A stretch of 64,000 nt of DNA, taken from the IMG/VR virus record IMGVR_UViG_3300032046_000015, positions 1 to 64,000 of that record; one strand, written 5' to 3'. Every line of letters starts with the position of its first letter. Within the stretch, counting starts at the first letter, position 1. Both the position numbers and the translations under genes were made by a program. Positions 38,804 through 48,806 of this stretch are shown here, piece by piece. Below the pieces are notes generated by a model that had not been told where the DNA came from, did not search any database, and saw nothing but the letters and a program-made list of their open reading frames with translations. The DNA is from a virus.

Positions 38804-39189
38804 GGTTTGCCATCCATCTGTTTATCACCTGGACGTTTGACAGGTCTGTGTTTATTGAACTCCAACTTGGACGCCACTGCTGTGGCCAAATCTATGTCCA
38901 AATGCGCTGATATGTCGCAAGTGCGAATGATCACGTTGGCTAACTTGGCCGCCAGTGCGTCCATATCGTTTATGTAGATGGCCTCAATCGCTTTGCCAAC
39001 TTCACTGGCCAACTTAGCCAGCCAACTCATGATCAACCGCATCTTGCCTTGGGTTATGTGTTGATACTCCACATCGGCTTGGTGCCAACCTTTGCCCTCT
39101 GAAGTTGCGTATGCTTCCTGGCAAACCTTTGATATGGTCAGATTGTGTGGAGTATCAACATCATCTGTCTTGAGGTAGTTGCGCTTCAC
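38800..39189 (-). CDS. MazG-like NTP pyrophosphohydrolase (acidic residues degenerate)
   Basis: KGW..SEVGKAIEA..KLANVIIR..KLEFNKHRP pattern. Confidence 0.65.
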   Translation of the reverse strand: MKRNYLKTDDVDTPHNLTISKVCQEAYATSEGKGWHQADVEYQHITQGKMRLIMSWLAKLASEVGKAIEAIYINDMDALAAKLANVIIRTCDISAHLDIDLATAVASKLEFNKHRPVKRPGDKQMDGKP

Positions 39190-40226
39190 CGTGTGTTTTC
39201 CTTATCTGTTCCTGTCGCTGCTTTGATGTCCCATCCTGTGAAGTCAGGATTATCAAGAAGTGATGGCGCCACTATGAACCACTTTATGGCACTTCCTGCC
39301 AATGGACGTTTGCGGTGGTCTAGTCTATTGCCCACATTCGCTTCACAGCAGATAACCGCAACTCCATGGCCTTCTTGGTCATAAATAGACTTGGACACAG
39401 AACCAGTATGGCCACGTGTCCCACCATAGTTCATAACCATGGCAGCGCCAGTGGGCAACTTAACCTTGCCGGATAACACAGCCCCAACAGGAATGACCCA
39501 ACCCATGTTTGGTATGTAGTAATCCTTGTGCTTATCTGGCACAGGTTGCTTCTTGGCCCATACCATGTTTCCGTAACACAATCCCATGCGCCCTTTACTG
39601 TTGACCCAACCTTCTTTGCCTGTCACAAGACCATAAGCCTCATGTTCCACTGAACATCTGGTCAAGCAACAATAAGCTGGGCCATCCCCTTTTTTCTCAG
39701 GTGGCATGCTCACCCAGAAATTGATACCACCGTGCGGTACACCGCTCCAAACTGGTGGAACGTATGGGCCACGGTTGGAGCCATTGGGAATCTCTTTGAT
39801 ACCAAGCTTGATGTAGTAATTAAACACAGTCACAATTTCAACACCCAATCCTGGTGTTAATACTTGTTTGGTTGCCACCACCAGTCCTTGTGTCGGTGAT
39901 TGATCCTTATCAAGCAACTCCAAAGCATCCCATGTTTTCTGATCACACACTCCTGCCATAATTTGCCCATCCAATGGCATCTTGTTGTCGCTATCTAGCA
40001 ACTGTAACTGCGCCATGCCGACTGCTTCTTCAGTCCATTGGCCATAATCGCCATCCAACCAAAAGCCTTTTGCTTCTGGTTGTGTAGGAGATGTTATGTT
40101 ATGGCTGTGTGCGATGTTGCTATCCCAGAATGGATTGTCTGGGCCAACAAAGCCATGATTCCACAACAACTCTTGTAGTTGTTTAACTTCTGTTCCTTTG
40201 TCACCACGTTTCAACACATTGTGCAT
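39186..40226 (-). CDS. endolysin: peptidoglycan-binding domain + CHAP-like peptidase
   Basis: LKRGDKGTEVKQLQELL..DGDYGQWTEEAV; SNRGPYV..YCC..GHTG..EANV. Confidence 0.75.
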   Translation of the reverse strand: MHNVLKRGDKGTEVKQLQELLWNHGFVGPDNPFWDSNIAHSHNITSPTQPEAKGFWLDGDYGQWTEEAVGMAQLQLLDSDNKMPLDGQIMAGVCDQKTWDALELLDKDQSPTQGLVVATKQVLTPGLGVEIVTVFNYYIKLGIKEIPNGSNRGPYVPPVWSGVPHGGINFWVSMPPEKKGDGPAYCCLTRCSVEHEAYGLVTGKEGWVNSKGRMGLCYGNMVWAKKQPVPDKHKDYYIPNMGWVIPVGAVLSGKVKLPTGAAMVMNYGGTRGHTGSVSKSIYDQEGHGVAVICCEANVGNRLDHRKRPLAGSAIKWFIVAPSLLDNPDFTGWDIKAATGTDKENTR

Positions 40227-40244
40227 TGAGTTGTCTCCTCTCTG

Positions 40245-41009
40245 TTATGGTCTTATAAATTTGCGTTGTTGGCTGTCCCAGAACCATTCACCTATGATTC
40301 TCTGTTCGTGTTTGATCAAAGACAGCGCCATCATTTTCTTAAACATGCGAAATAACTTGTACTCTGAAAATACCTTTTCAACCTTTGGATTGACTTTCAT
40401 GGCAGATAATAAGTTATTGCGCAAAAAGTGTAGTTTTCTACACACATATCTGAAATCGCATTTCAAACACCTATCCACTCTGTCTTCATACTCTTTTCCA
40501 AAGCATTCAACAGAACCACCCGTGGCCAGGAATAAAGCTGATTGAGTGGTAAATGTTTCACCAGTGTGTATTCTAAACAACCGTTTGTCCTCATGCGAAG
40601 TGATAAAATTATTGTATTCATTAAGACCAAAGAGGACACATGTATTCAACATGCTACTTGGATTGTACATGAATTCAAATGATATTTCTACACACTCTGC
40701 TTCTAATGGCATGCTCAAGTGTCCAAGTACAACATCGTTGTGGTATGCTTTAACAATCAACTGTGGTGTTGGTAAATCTTCCAATCTGGGATGAGGCCAA
40801 GGAATTTTCATCATGGTGGTGCGCCGTTTTGAAGCAACCAAATGATCTTCCAAATCTGCCAGAATCATCTTGGCACGTTCATCTAGTGGCCTTTCAATTT
40901 TGCTACCATCTGGCAAAGTTTCATATGTGTATTTGGGTATATTCTTGCCCATAATATACACAAGATAATTCACCAAATCCTGATTTGTGAATCTATCCAG
41001 CAGCCTCAT
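40245..41009 (-). CDS. hypothetical protein with Cys cluster
   Basis: CFGKEY..CLKCDFRYVC. Confidence 0.55.
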   Translation of the reverse strand: MRLLDRFTNQDLVNYLVYIMGKNIPKYTYETLPDGSKIERPLDERAKMILADLEDHLVASKRRTTMMKIPWPHPRLEDLPTPQLIVKAYHNDVVLGHLSMPLEAECVEISFEFMYNPSSMLNTCVLFGLNEYNNFITSHEDKRLFRIHTGETFTTQSALFLATGGSVECFGKEYEDRVDRCLKCDFRYVCRKLHFLRNNLLSAMKVNPKVEKVFSEYKLFRMFKKMMALSLIKHEQRIIGEWFWDSQQRKFIRP

Positions 41010-41010
41010 G

Positions 41011-41508
41011 TCATGTCTCCTCTTGTGTAACTTCCTGTCTCTTGGCAAAGTCACATGCTTCCAGCTTGACCTCTTTTTTGAACAAAGCCTTCTCAATCAT
41101 CTCTTGCGGAAAGTCACGCAGTGTCAACCAGATTGCTATGGGGCATGTAAGGAATCCATCAGGCGATGTTCTTGCGCATGGCACACCTTTCACATCGGTT
41201 GCCAACTGTTCATGCCCCACTCCTCTCTGTAGCATCTTGCTGATTAACTTACAGGTCATTAGCAATCCACCAGAGCACAGTGCCCCTTCACGTTCCAGTG
41301 ATCCTGTGGCAGCGAACAATTCAACCATGCGTACACGTCCTTGAAATAATCCGATGGACACAGTGAGGTAGAAATTGCCGCATGGCGTCTTGATTTTTTG
41401 TGTGTAAGATGGTAACACGTCTGGCCTTCTGAAATCTTCACCTGTTAATTCTACAGGTGGTATCAAGCCCATGCCTTCAAATAATTTTTCATCCAATGGC
41501 ATTGTCAA
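41011..41508 (-). CDS. stand-alone TSCPD domain (class II RNR C-terminal-like)
   Basis: KIKTPCGNFYLTV..KLISKMLQRGV..TCPIAI. Confidence 0.75.
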   Translation of the reverse strand: MTMPLDEKLFEGMGLIPPVELTGEDFRRPDVLPSYTQKIKTPCGNFYLTVSIGLFQGRVRMVELFAATGSLEREGALCSGGLLMTCKLISKMLQRGVGHEQLATDVKGVPCARTSPDGFLTCPIAIWLTLRDFPQEMIEKALFKKEVKLEACDFAKRQEVTQEET

Positions 41509-41825
41509 ACTCTCTTTCTGGTCACCGTTTGTGTCGGTTGTTGTTCGTTTTGATATGATAACAGTTTGTTGTGTATCTTAACACGTATGAAACTATAATC
41601 ATTACAAATCAATTCCTTGATACCAAATTCAACTGGCATGCCATCCATACGGTGCGCCACAATGGCATCCTTATCCGATAATATGGTGAAACCAAATCCA
41701 TGATCAGATAGGATTTTCAGACTGGCCAGAAATGGTTGAGCTTCATGGCTTCCAATTGGTCTCATGTTAATTCCTTGTTGGCCCATCATATCGCCAGAAT
41801 AATCTGGCTTGAACTGGACTAACAT
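41505..41825 (-). CDS. hypothetical protein
   Basis: Operon-coupled ORF. Confidence 0.45.
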   Translation of the reverse strand: MLVQFKPDYSGDMMGQQGINMRPIGSHEAQPFLASLKILSDHGFGFTILSDKDAIVAHRMDGMPVEFGIKELICNDYSFIRVKIHNKLLSYQNEQQPTQTVTRKRV

Positions 41826-42015
41826 ATTTACGCAAATCCCTCTTGTGTACTATCATGGGCAATTCCAGTTTACTCCAATCAACATCGTGAATCAAATACA
41901 CCTTATCACGACTGATCAACTTGGCAGGATTGCTTGATATTAACACAACATACTTGTTTGGTTTACCTTTAAGTTTGTGTTCTCTCATGAATGCTTTGAT
42001 CACTGTCACCGACAT
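41767..42015 (-). CDS. hypothetical protein
   Basis: Operon-coupled ORF. Confidence 0.45.
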   Translation of the reverse strand: MSVTVIKAFMREHKLKGKPNKYVVLISSNPAKLISRDKVYLIHDVDWSKLELPMIVHKRDLRKYVSPVQARLFWRYDGPTRN

Positions 42016-42620
42016 GGTACACCTGTCCTGGCTATTTCCAAAGCCTTTAACAGATCAACTACAAACTGCCCTTCATAAGTATCTGCCTCACGTCCTTGTT
42101 TCCTTAACAGATAAGCAGGATGCCATGTTGATACTGCTTTATATATGTGTCCAGTTATGGATACTGTACTCACCCTGCCCCTTATGACAGACATGTTATC
42201 ATCCACACCTAACACATAGAATGCCGATATGCGTCCAAGCGTCACTATGGCTTTAGGAGACACAGCATTGATCTGCCTTACCAAACGTTGACGGCATGAC
42301 GCACCCCAATTCAAATCTTGTATTTTGTTATCTGGTGGACGGCACATCAAAACGTTTGTTATGTAGGATTGTTCCAAGTCAACTCCTGCTGTATCTGCCA
42401 AACGTTCTAACATAGCACCAGCCCTGCCCACAAACGGAACACCCTGTCTGTCTTCATTTGCTCCTGGTGCCTCTCCTATAAACATGATCTCAGGATTGAT
42501 GCGCCCCTTCCCAAAAACAACATTCTGTCTAGTCTTATGTAACTCACACAGTGTACAAGACTTGTACTTCTCTTGTATCCTCAGTATGCTAGGCATGTGT
42601 TGCCTCCATACTGTTTTCAT
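42006..42620 (-). CDS. uracil-DNA glycosylase, family 4
   Basis: CTLCELH, GEAPGANED..PFVGRAG, NVLMCRPP and HPAYLLR motifs. Confidence 0.92.
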   Translation of the reverse strand: MKTVWRQHMPSILRIQEKYKSCTLCELHKTRQNVVFGKGRINPEIMFIGEAPGANEDRQGVPFVGRAGAMLERLADTAGVDLEQSYITNVLMCRPPDNKIQDLNWGASCRQRLVRQINAVSPKAIVTLGRISAFYVLGVDDNMSVIRGRVSTVSITGHIYKAVSTWHPAYLLRKQGREADTYEGQFVVDLLKALEIARTGVPCR

Positions 42621-43695
42621 ACTGTACCCTTATCCCAATAAGTTGTGGCGTTGGACAAGAATTATGGCAATATTCATTCCCCAGAACAGCACTGATGTCT
42701 CTGGTCAGATAATATGTACACATCTCCTGTATTTGATTTCTGGTGTAATGCTTAGCACCCCTTGGACACACAATCTCTCCATCTCTGGCAACTCCCAATG
42801 ATAACAACTTTTCAAAATTGGACGGTGATAGCATAGTCTTGAAGTCAAGCACTTGTAGCATTTCTTGGGATTTTTCCAGATCACGCACAGACACCATAAA
42901 TTTCATGTTGTCGTTACAATCAAATAATCGGATCAATTTGAGATTGCGCACCACTTGATCTTTGTGTTCTCTTATGGCCAATCTGAGTCTGCTGGCTATT
43001 CCATCCCATTGTGCGCTATCAACATCAAGACTATTAAGCACATTATTCAAATTGCCAAAAGCCTGTATAATCTTTGTTGCGTATGTCTTGCCTATTCCTG
43101 GCACGCCAGGCACATTATCGCTGGTACAACCACTCAAGCATTTGGCATCACTGAATTGACTTGGTGTTAATCCTTTCAAATCCATAAGCCTTTGTTCATT
43201 TACACACTCATCATCAGTCTTGCGTTTTGATAACACCACAGTCCTGTTTGGGCCAACAGCCTGTAACAAGTCTTCATCTCCTGTGTATATAACAACATTA
43301 AAGCCAACTTCAGAATAACGTTTGGCCAATGTATATAATACATCATCTGCTTCATATCCATCCGCTGATGCCTGTCTTATCCCCAAATAAGATAACAGCC
43401 TAATGGCAATTGGTTCCTGTTCGTGTACTGATGCTGTCAATTCATCGTACTGGGCAGATGGCTTGTGGCCTTTATATGTTGGCAGCGTCTGTCTCCTGAT
43501 GTTGTGAATACTATCCCATACCACAACCATGCTTCCACCATAAGTCTCATGTATTTTAAGAATTTGCCTCAAGAAGCCATACACTCCACCTGTTCTCACT
43601 GTTGATCCTTCCCACTCAGTGGTCAGACTATTGAAAGCATAAGCTGCCTTGAATAAAAGGAATTTGGCATCCAGCAATAGTAAATCACAATTCAT
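42589..43695 (-). CDS. 5'-3' exonuclease / flap endonuclease (PolA N-terminal-like)
   Basis: YEADD, TGDED and SDNVPGVPGIG motifs. Confidence 0.9.
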   Translation of the reverse strand: MNCDLLLLDAKFLLFKAAYAFNSLTTEWEGSTVRTGGVYGFLRQILKIHETYGGSMVVVWDSIHNIRRQTLPTYKGHKPSAQYDELTASVHEQEPIAIRLLSYLGIRQASADGYEADDVLYTLAKRYSEVGFNVVIYTGDEDLLQAVGPNRTVVLSKRKTDDECVNEQRLMDLKGLTPSQFSDAKCLSGCTSDNVPGVPGIGKTYATKIIQAFGNLNNVLNSLDVDSAQWDGIASRLRLAIREHKDQVVRNLKLIRLFDCNDNMKFMVSVRDLEKSQEMLQVLDFKTMLSPSNFEKLLSLGVARDGEIVCPRGAKHYTRNQIQEMCTYYLTRDISAVLGNEYCHNSCPTPQLIGIRVQYENSMEATHA

Positions 43696-44267
43696 GAAAA
43701 TATGCCCATCACACTGTACATGTTTTCCCAACAGCCAGGTGCGTGAAAGAATTTGAAGCCTTGTTCTTTGTATGCGTCTGCCACAGTGAGATCATCATCA
43801 ATCGCATACAAACTGCTGCCCATATCATGTGCTAGTTTAATGGATGATAACACTCCTCTCTTATAATCTTGATCGTGATCTGTGGTTGTTCTCATGTGTA
43901 AACTTATGGTCATCTTGACACCAAACACATCTTTCAACCATATTGTTGTAGCCTGTCGCACCTTCTCATTGCGTCCTGTAAGGAACACAATGTCATGGTA
44001 CATAACTGCAGTTGCCAATACTTCTTGGCTATATGGAATGATCCCATCCTGTAGTATCAATTCAGGATTGAGAAAATTATCCCATTGATCTTGGGTGATG
44101 TGTTTCTTATCACACGATGCTTGCTTCAAACAGAATGGTTCAAGCAAGTCTGGTTGTAGGTATGGACACTTGATCTGGCGACAAGCATCCAAGTCTAGCA
44201 CAGGCTTTAACAAGTGTTGTCGGTGCCTGTTGTCTGCTATGGTGCCATCAATATCAACAACTATCAT
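43692..44267 (-). CDS. HAD-family phosphatase (PNKP 3'-phosphatase-like)
   Basis: DIDGTIAD, LTGR and IDD motifs; Cys-rich insertion. Confidence 0.8.
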   Translation of the reverse strand: MIVVDIDGTIADNRHRQHLLKPVLDLDACRQIKCPYLQPDLLEPFCLKQASCDKKHITQDQWDNFLNPELILQDGIIPYSQEVLATAVMYHDIVFLTGRNEKVRQATTIWLKDVFGVKMTISLHMRTTTDHDQDYKRGVLSSIKLAHDMGSSLYAIDDDLTVADAYKEQGFKFFHAPGCWENMYSVMGIFS

Positions 44268-44839
44268 TTGCTGTCTCCTGTGTGCGATTTACAACGCTGT
44301 ATAGCCAATGGCTTTAGTGCTTCTTTGATTGCCCAAGGTGGTACCATCGCCAGAAAATCCTTGAGGATAAACACAACTATGGAGTATGGTTTGACCCAAC
44401 ATTCCATTCTGTTAGGATTGACTGGCTTCATGCTGGCTATAGCGTGCCATGTTTCCGCATCCATCAATAAGTAATCTGTCTCCATGTTCCTGCTCATGAT
44501 ATACCACAATCGCTTGTTACTATCCTTTGTCTCCAACCCGTCTTGCCACCATCTCATGACTACAGCATCTTTGATTATAAAAGACAGGTCAAACTCCTCT
44601 CTCTTGCGCAATTCAAAGTGTATTGGAAAATTGGGTTCAGGAGCAAGCAAATCGCCAGCAGCAAATCGTTTGTCCCAACCACCACTCATCACTGTTCTCT
44701 TAAACACCTTAGTTGACTTGGTTGATTTGCCATCAGTCCACCATAGTGATAGGATGTGTGCTATTCTGTTTTCATATGACGCACCCTTCTGCCTGGACAT
44801 CCTTCCAACTTGACTTGCTGTTCGTTTCATTCCACCCAT
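44264..44839 (-). CDS. Holliday junction resolvase (PD-(D/E)XK)
   Basis: SRQKGASYE..SGG..GDL..FELRKRE. Confidence 0.75.
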   Translation of the reverse strand: MGGMKRTASQVGRMSRQKGASYENRIAHILSLWWTDGKSTKSTKVFKRTVMSGGWDKRFAAGDLLAPEPNFPIHFELRKREEFDLSFIIKDAVVMRWWQDGLETKDSNKRLWYIMSRNMETDYLLMDAETWHAIASMKPVNPNRMECWVKPYSIVVFILKDFLAMVPPWAIKEALKPLAIQRCKSHTGDSK

Positions 44840-46716
44840 GATTTGCCTCCAGCACGTTTGATAAATATGGTATCATCAAAATATCCTCTTACATTGGGAT
44901 CATGTGTAATAACTGTGACGCAACCATATTGGCCTTTTAATGTGTTAAGTAGTGGGCCATAGAATCTCTCTTTGCCTGCTGTATCTAGCCCAACATCAGG
45001 TTCATCCAAGAATAAGTTGGCAATACTGGCGCCTGTTCTTGCTCTGACCAAAGACATCAAAGCCAACGATACAGCAAGTGAAATCCTCTTGGCCTGTCCA
45101 CCCGATGGCGTCACATCTCCCAAATTTTCTATGTTCAGTTTGAACCCAAGTTTATCTACAGCCTTGCCACTTTTGAGTTTGCTTCTTGTGTCTAATTCCA
45201 GTGTTATGCTGCCATCAGTTAACAGCCCCAGATATTGGTTGGCCGATGACTCCAACGTTGGCAGCACCTGTAGAATGGCCCAGTTAATCAGCCCTTCATT
45301 TCCATAAGCATCTACCCAAAATTCAGTCAACCTTAATCGGTCAGACAATTCCTTAATCTTGCTTTGAGCTTGAGACCTCAACCGTTTGTGCTCACGCAAT
45401 CGCTGTTCTAATTGTGTGGTGTTACCAGTATGTGGACACTTTTCTGCTCTGGTTTCATTTAGTTGCTTTTTTAACCTTACAATTTCAGATATCAATTGGT
45501 TGTTGACTTTTATGTCAGATTGATACTTGTGTAGTAAACCAATGGCCTTATTGTGTAATGCTTGGCAATCCTTGATGTCAGTATTGATAGAATCTAAAAC
45601 AACATTTGATGCTTCTATTTCTTGTCGTTTTACAACCATGTCATTATCTATGATTCTTAACACAGCACACTGTTCCTTGATCTGTTTGTACAACTGTTCT
45701 TTATAATCCTTGGCTTCACCAACAGAAAGTGGACTGTTACAAGTTGGACACCGCTCACCAGTCAGTTGGTGAAGTCTATCATTTAGTCCATGTAATTGTG
45801 TCTCTTTTGAAGCTTGGTCACGCACTAAAACGGTGTGTTCATCTCTCAACTGTTCGTGAACCTTCTTGGCTTCAAGCAATTGTTTGTTTGCTATTTCTAA
45901 CTGAGCAACAGACTTGGACACACTTGTTTGAGCACTTGTCGCTTTAACATCTATACTCAACGGTTCAACTGCTTGACTAGCCAATGTATCTAGTTGTGTA
46001 TTTATCTCATTTATGTGTAATTGATGTTTATATTCCCAATCCTTTACTTTGCCTTGTGATAAATCAATATCCAATTCCAATGTGGAAATGTTGGATGATA
46101 TGCCACTCATTTTAACGTTCCATTCAGCCAATTCTGTCTTGATGGATGATACCCTTTTTCTGGCTACAACAGCGCAATCAGACATTACATCCAAGTTGAG
46201 TATCCTTCTCAATATGGACTTGCGCTCAGCATCTGTTGTGTTAGGGTCAGCAAATCGTTTGTAATCACCTTGACAATACATGGTGGTATTCTTGAACGTT
46301 TGCCAATCCATTCCAAGCAACTTTTCAACTGCTTCTACAGTCTGCTTATGCCCTGTGACTTCATTAATTGTTGTGCCTTTGCTGTCCAATATCTGTAATG
46401 TAGCATCAGTCTGTCCCTTGCCTCTGGAACGTTCTATGTATATGTCATTGGTGTTGTCCTTAATGTGTAGCTTGACAACAGCCTGTTTTGAATGTTTATT
46501 TACAACATCATCTCCTGTATCTCCATCTGCTGTTTCACCGTATAAACACCAAGCCAAAGCCTTATACAATGAGCTTTTGCCCACTCCATTACTCTCTGCT
46601 GATGTAGCAGTTGTGTTATGTCCTAACACAAGCATTGATGGCTTGTTCAGAAATATAGTCTGGTGTTCTGTGAAAGGACAAAAGCCTTGAACATCCAATT
46701 GTTCAAATACTATCAT
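44827..46716 (-). CDS. SbcC/Rad50-like ATPase
   Basis: NGVGKSS Walker A, CPTC zinc hook, SGGQ signature, LFLDEP, ITH. Confidence 0.92.
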   Translation of the reverse strand: MIVFEQLDVQGFCPFTEHQTIFLNKPSMLVLGHNTTATSAESNGVGKSSLYKALAWCLYGETADGDTGDDVVNKHSKQAVVKLHIKDNTNDIYIERSRGKGQTDATLQILDSKGTTINEVTGHKQTVEAVEKLLGMDWQTFKNTTMYCQGDYKRFADPNTTDAERKSILRRILNLDVMSDCAVVARKRVSSIKTELAEWNVKMSGISSNISTLELDIDLSQGKVKDWEYKHQLHINEINTQLDTLASQAVEPLSIDVKATSAQTSVSKSVAQLEIANKQLLEAKKVHEQLRDEHTVLVRDQASKETQLHGLNDRLHQLTGERCPTCNSPLSVGEAKDYKEQLYKQIKEQCAVLRIIDNDMVVKRQEIEASNVVLDSINTDIKDCQALHNKAIGLLHKYQSDIKVNNQLISEIVRLKKQLNETRAEKCPHTGNTTQLEQRLREHKRLRSQAQSKIKELSDRLRLTEFWVDAYGNEGLINWAILQVLPTLESSANQYLGLLTDGSITLELDTRSKLKSGKAVDKLGFKLNIENLGDVTPSGGQAKRISLAVSLALMSLVRARTGASIANLFLDEPDVGLDTAGKERFYGPLLNTLKGQYGCVTVITHDPNVRGYFDDTIFIKRAGGKSWVE

Positions 46717-47789
46717 GATCTTGCCTCTCCCAATATATCCATACCTATCTGCCAAGCCTGTTTCTTGTCCTCATCTGATAGGCCTGAAACTTCAACCATG
46801 TACTTATCCAACATGGATTCTATCGTTGGCAGAGCAGCCATTTCTGATGCCGTTGGAATGGCTTTCTGGGTATCTGCCTGTGTTATAGTCCAAGTCAACA
46901 TCCTCACATTTTCTGGTAATTTATCGGATACAGTGTTCAACGCTGCCTTTTGTGTGTTAACATCACCAGCATTGACAATGATATGTAGATGGACATATAC
47001 CTTATCCTTGGCCAATGCCTCCAACACTTCCAACAAACCTTTGGCATTGTGACAACCTTTAATTTCTGTTGTTCTGAATTCTGGTGATTTTATAGGCTGG
47101 AATTCTTTGTGTATTACTTGTCCATTATCAAAAGTGATAAGCCAATAACCTTTGTTGTTTGATTCCTGGAAGGATAGTGGCAACGGTGAGCCAACATACA
47201 TTCCTTTGTGAAACTCTTGACTTTCATGAAAGTGTCCTGATAGAACATAATTGAAGTGGTCATAATCTTTGACTTCAATACCAAACTTATTCACCCAACC
47301 ATTATTCCTACAGCCTACAAACGATTGGTGGCAGAGCAGCACATCCCCACGCAGCTGTTGGATAATTTCTTTGGCTTTGCGGTCAGGCAGATAAGGTAAT
47401 GCTATCAAAGTTGTATTGCTAAATTCCAAAGCATCACCTTCATTGAGAACGTTAATGTTGCGATTGTCCAAGTAATCCACATTATAATGCTGTCCAAAAG
47501 CATCATGGGCATCGTGATTGCCAGGTAATATGTATATGTTCTTGTCTCCGTGATCTTCAAATGTTCTGCCTATTTTCTTCAGTGTGGGGGCATCTAACAA
47601 TCTATTATGGTATAAATCTCCAAGAATTAACACATCAATAACACTCTTATCGCTTAACACAATATCTAACACATGATTGACATCCAACAACCTGTCTGTG
47701 TAACCTTCTGATGTCGGTTTGGCCAAGTACAGGTTGTTGGTAGCATGTAAATCAGCTGTCACGGCCACTGTGTATCCTTTGTTGCTCAC
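46713..47789 (-). CDS. SbcD/Mre11-like nuclease
   Basis: DLH, GD, GNHD and GHFH metallophosphoesterase motifs. Confidence 0.9.
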   Translation of the reverse strand: MSNKGYTVAVTADLHATNNLYLAKPTSEGYTDRLLDVNHVLDIVLSDKSVIDVLILGDLYHNRLLDAPTLKKIGRTFEDHGDKNIYILPGNHDAHDAFGQHYNVDYLDNRNINVLNEGDALEFSNTTLIALPYLPDRKAKEIIQQLRGDVLLCHQSFVGCRNNGWVNKFGIEVKDYDHFNYVLSGHFHESQEFHKGMYVGSPLPLSFQESNNKGYWLITFDNGQVIHKEFQPIKSPEFRTTEIKGCHNAKGLLEVLEALAKDKVYVHLHIIVNAGDVNTQKAALNTVSDKLPENVRMLTWTITQADTQKAIPTASEMAALPTIESMLDKYMVEVSGLSDEDKKQAWQIGMDILGEARS

Positions 47790-48805
47790 AGCATCCTTCT
47801 TATCTTGTCAGCTATGTCCTTGTGTTCCTTCAGGTATTCTTTGGCATTCTCCAAGCCTTGTCCTATGCGTTCACCTTGAAATGAATACCACGCACCCGAT
47901 TGTTCGATGATTTTTGCTTCTACACCCAGAGCAACTATCTCATGGATGATGTCTATGCCTTTGCCAAATTCTATCACAAATTCACCCTTCTTGAAAGGGA
48001 CAGCAATCTGGTTTTTCCACACATATCCCTCACAAACGTGCGCTTTGTCGTTGTTGGCTAATGCCCCTTTGCGCTTGATGTTGATCCCAAGGCTGGCATA
48101 AAATCTTGGTGCTTTGCCACAAGTTGTATCATCCTTATTTCCAAACATCACTCCTATCTTTTCACGCAATTGACTTATAAACACAAGTGCCACACGCTCT
48201 GATGATACATCACGGATGATGTGTTTAAGCCCAGATGACATGACATTGGCTTGAGGAGCATAATGCTTGTCGCCAAGTTCACCTTCTATCTCACACTTGG
48301 CAGGACAAGCAGTCATGGAATCTAACACAACCAGAATGGGTATATCAATTTTTTGTTCTTTGCGCATCGCTGATATCCGCTTGACCGTTGACATGATAAT
48401 ACCCAATGCCTGCTCAAGATGTAGTGGCTGTGATATGATCATGTCTTGGATGTTGACTCCTATCTTTTGGGCATAGCCTGGATCCAATTTATATTCAGCA
48501 TCTATGTACAACACTATGCCATTAGTCCTTTGGCATTCTGCGCACAAGTGTAAGGCAACTGTGGTCTTACCACCACCCTCTGGCCCTGCCAATAAAGTCA
48601 AACGGCCATAGGGCACTCCATTGCGCCCTATGGCCTTGTCCAAGGCCAAACTTTGTGTAGAACAAACACCCTTTATGTCTATGGACAACTTGTTATCTCC
48701 AAGAAGCATGGCTGTGTCATTGCCATGCTCTTTGCGGATGGTGTTCACCACTTCCTGTGCCGTTTGTGCTGTAACTGGCTTTGATGTTGGCCTTTTGCGC
48801 TCCAT
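47786..48805 (-). CDS. recA: RecA recombinase
   Basis: GPEGGGKTT, YIDAEYKLD, FISQLREKIGVMFG and QSGAWYSF motifs. Confidence 0.95.
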   Translation of the reverse strand: MERKRPTSKPVTAQTAQEVVNTIRKEHGNDTAMLLGDNKLSIDIKGVCSTQSLALDKAIGRNGVPYGRLTLLAGPEGGGKTTVALHLCAECQRTNGIVLYIDAEYKLDPGYAQKIGVNIQDMIISQPLHLEQALGIIMSTVKRISAMRKEQKIDIPILVVLDSMTACPAKCEIEGELGDKHYAPQANVMSSGLKHIIRDVSSERVALVFISQLREKIGVMFGNKDDTTCGKAPRFYASLGINIKRKGALANNDKAHVCEGYVWKNQIAVPFKKGEFVIEFGKGIDIIHEIVALGVEAKIIEQSGAWYSFQGERIGQGLENAKEYLKEHKDIADKIRRML

Positions 48806-48806
48806 G

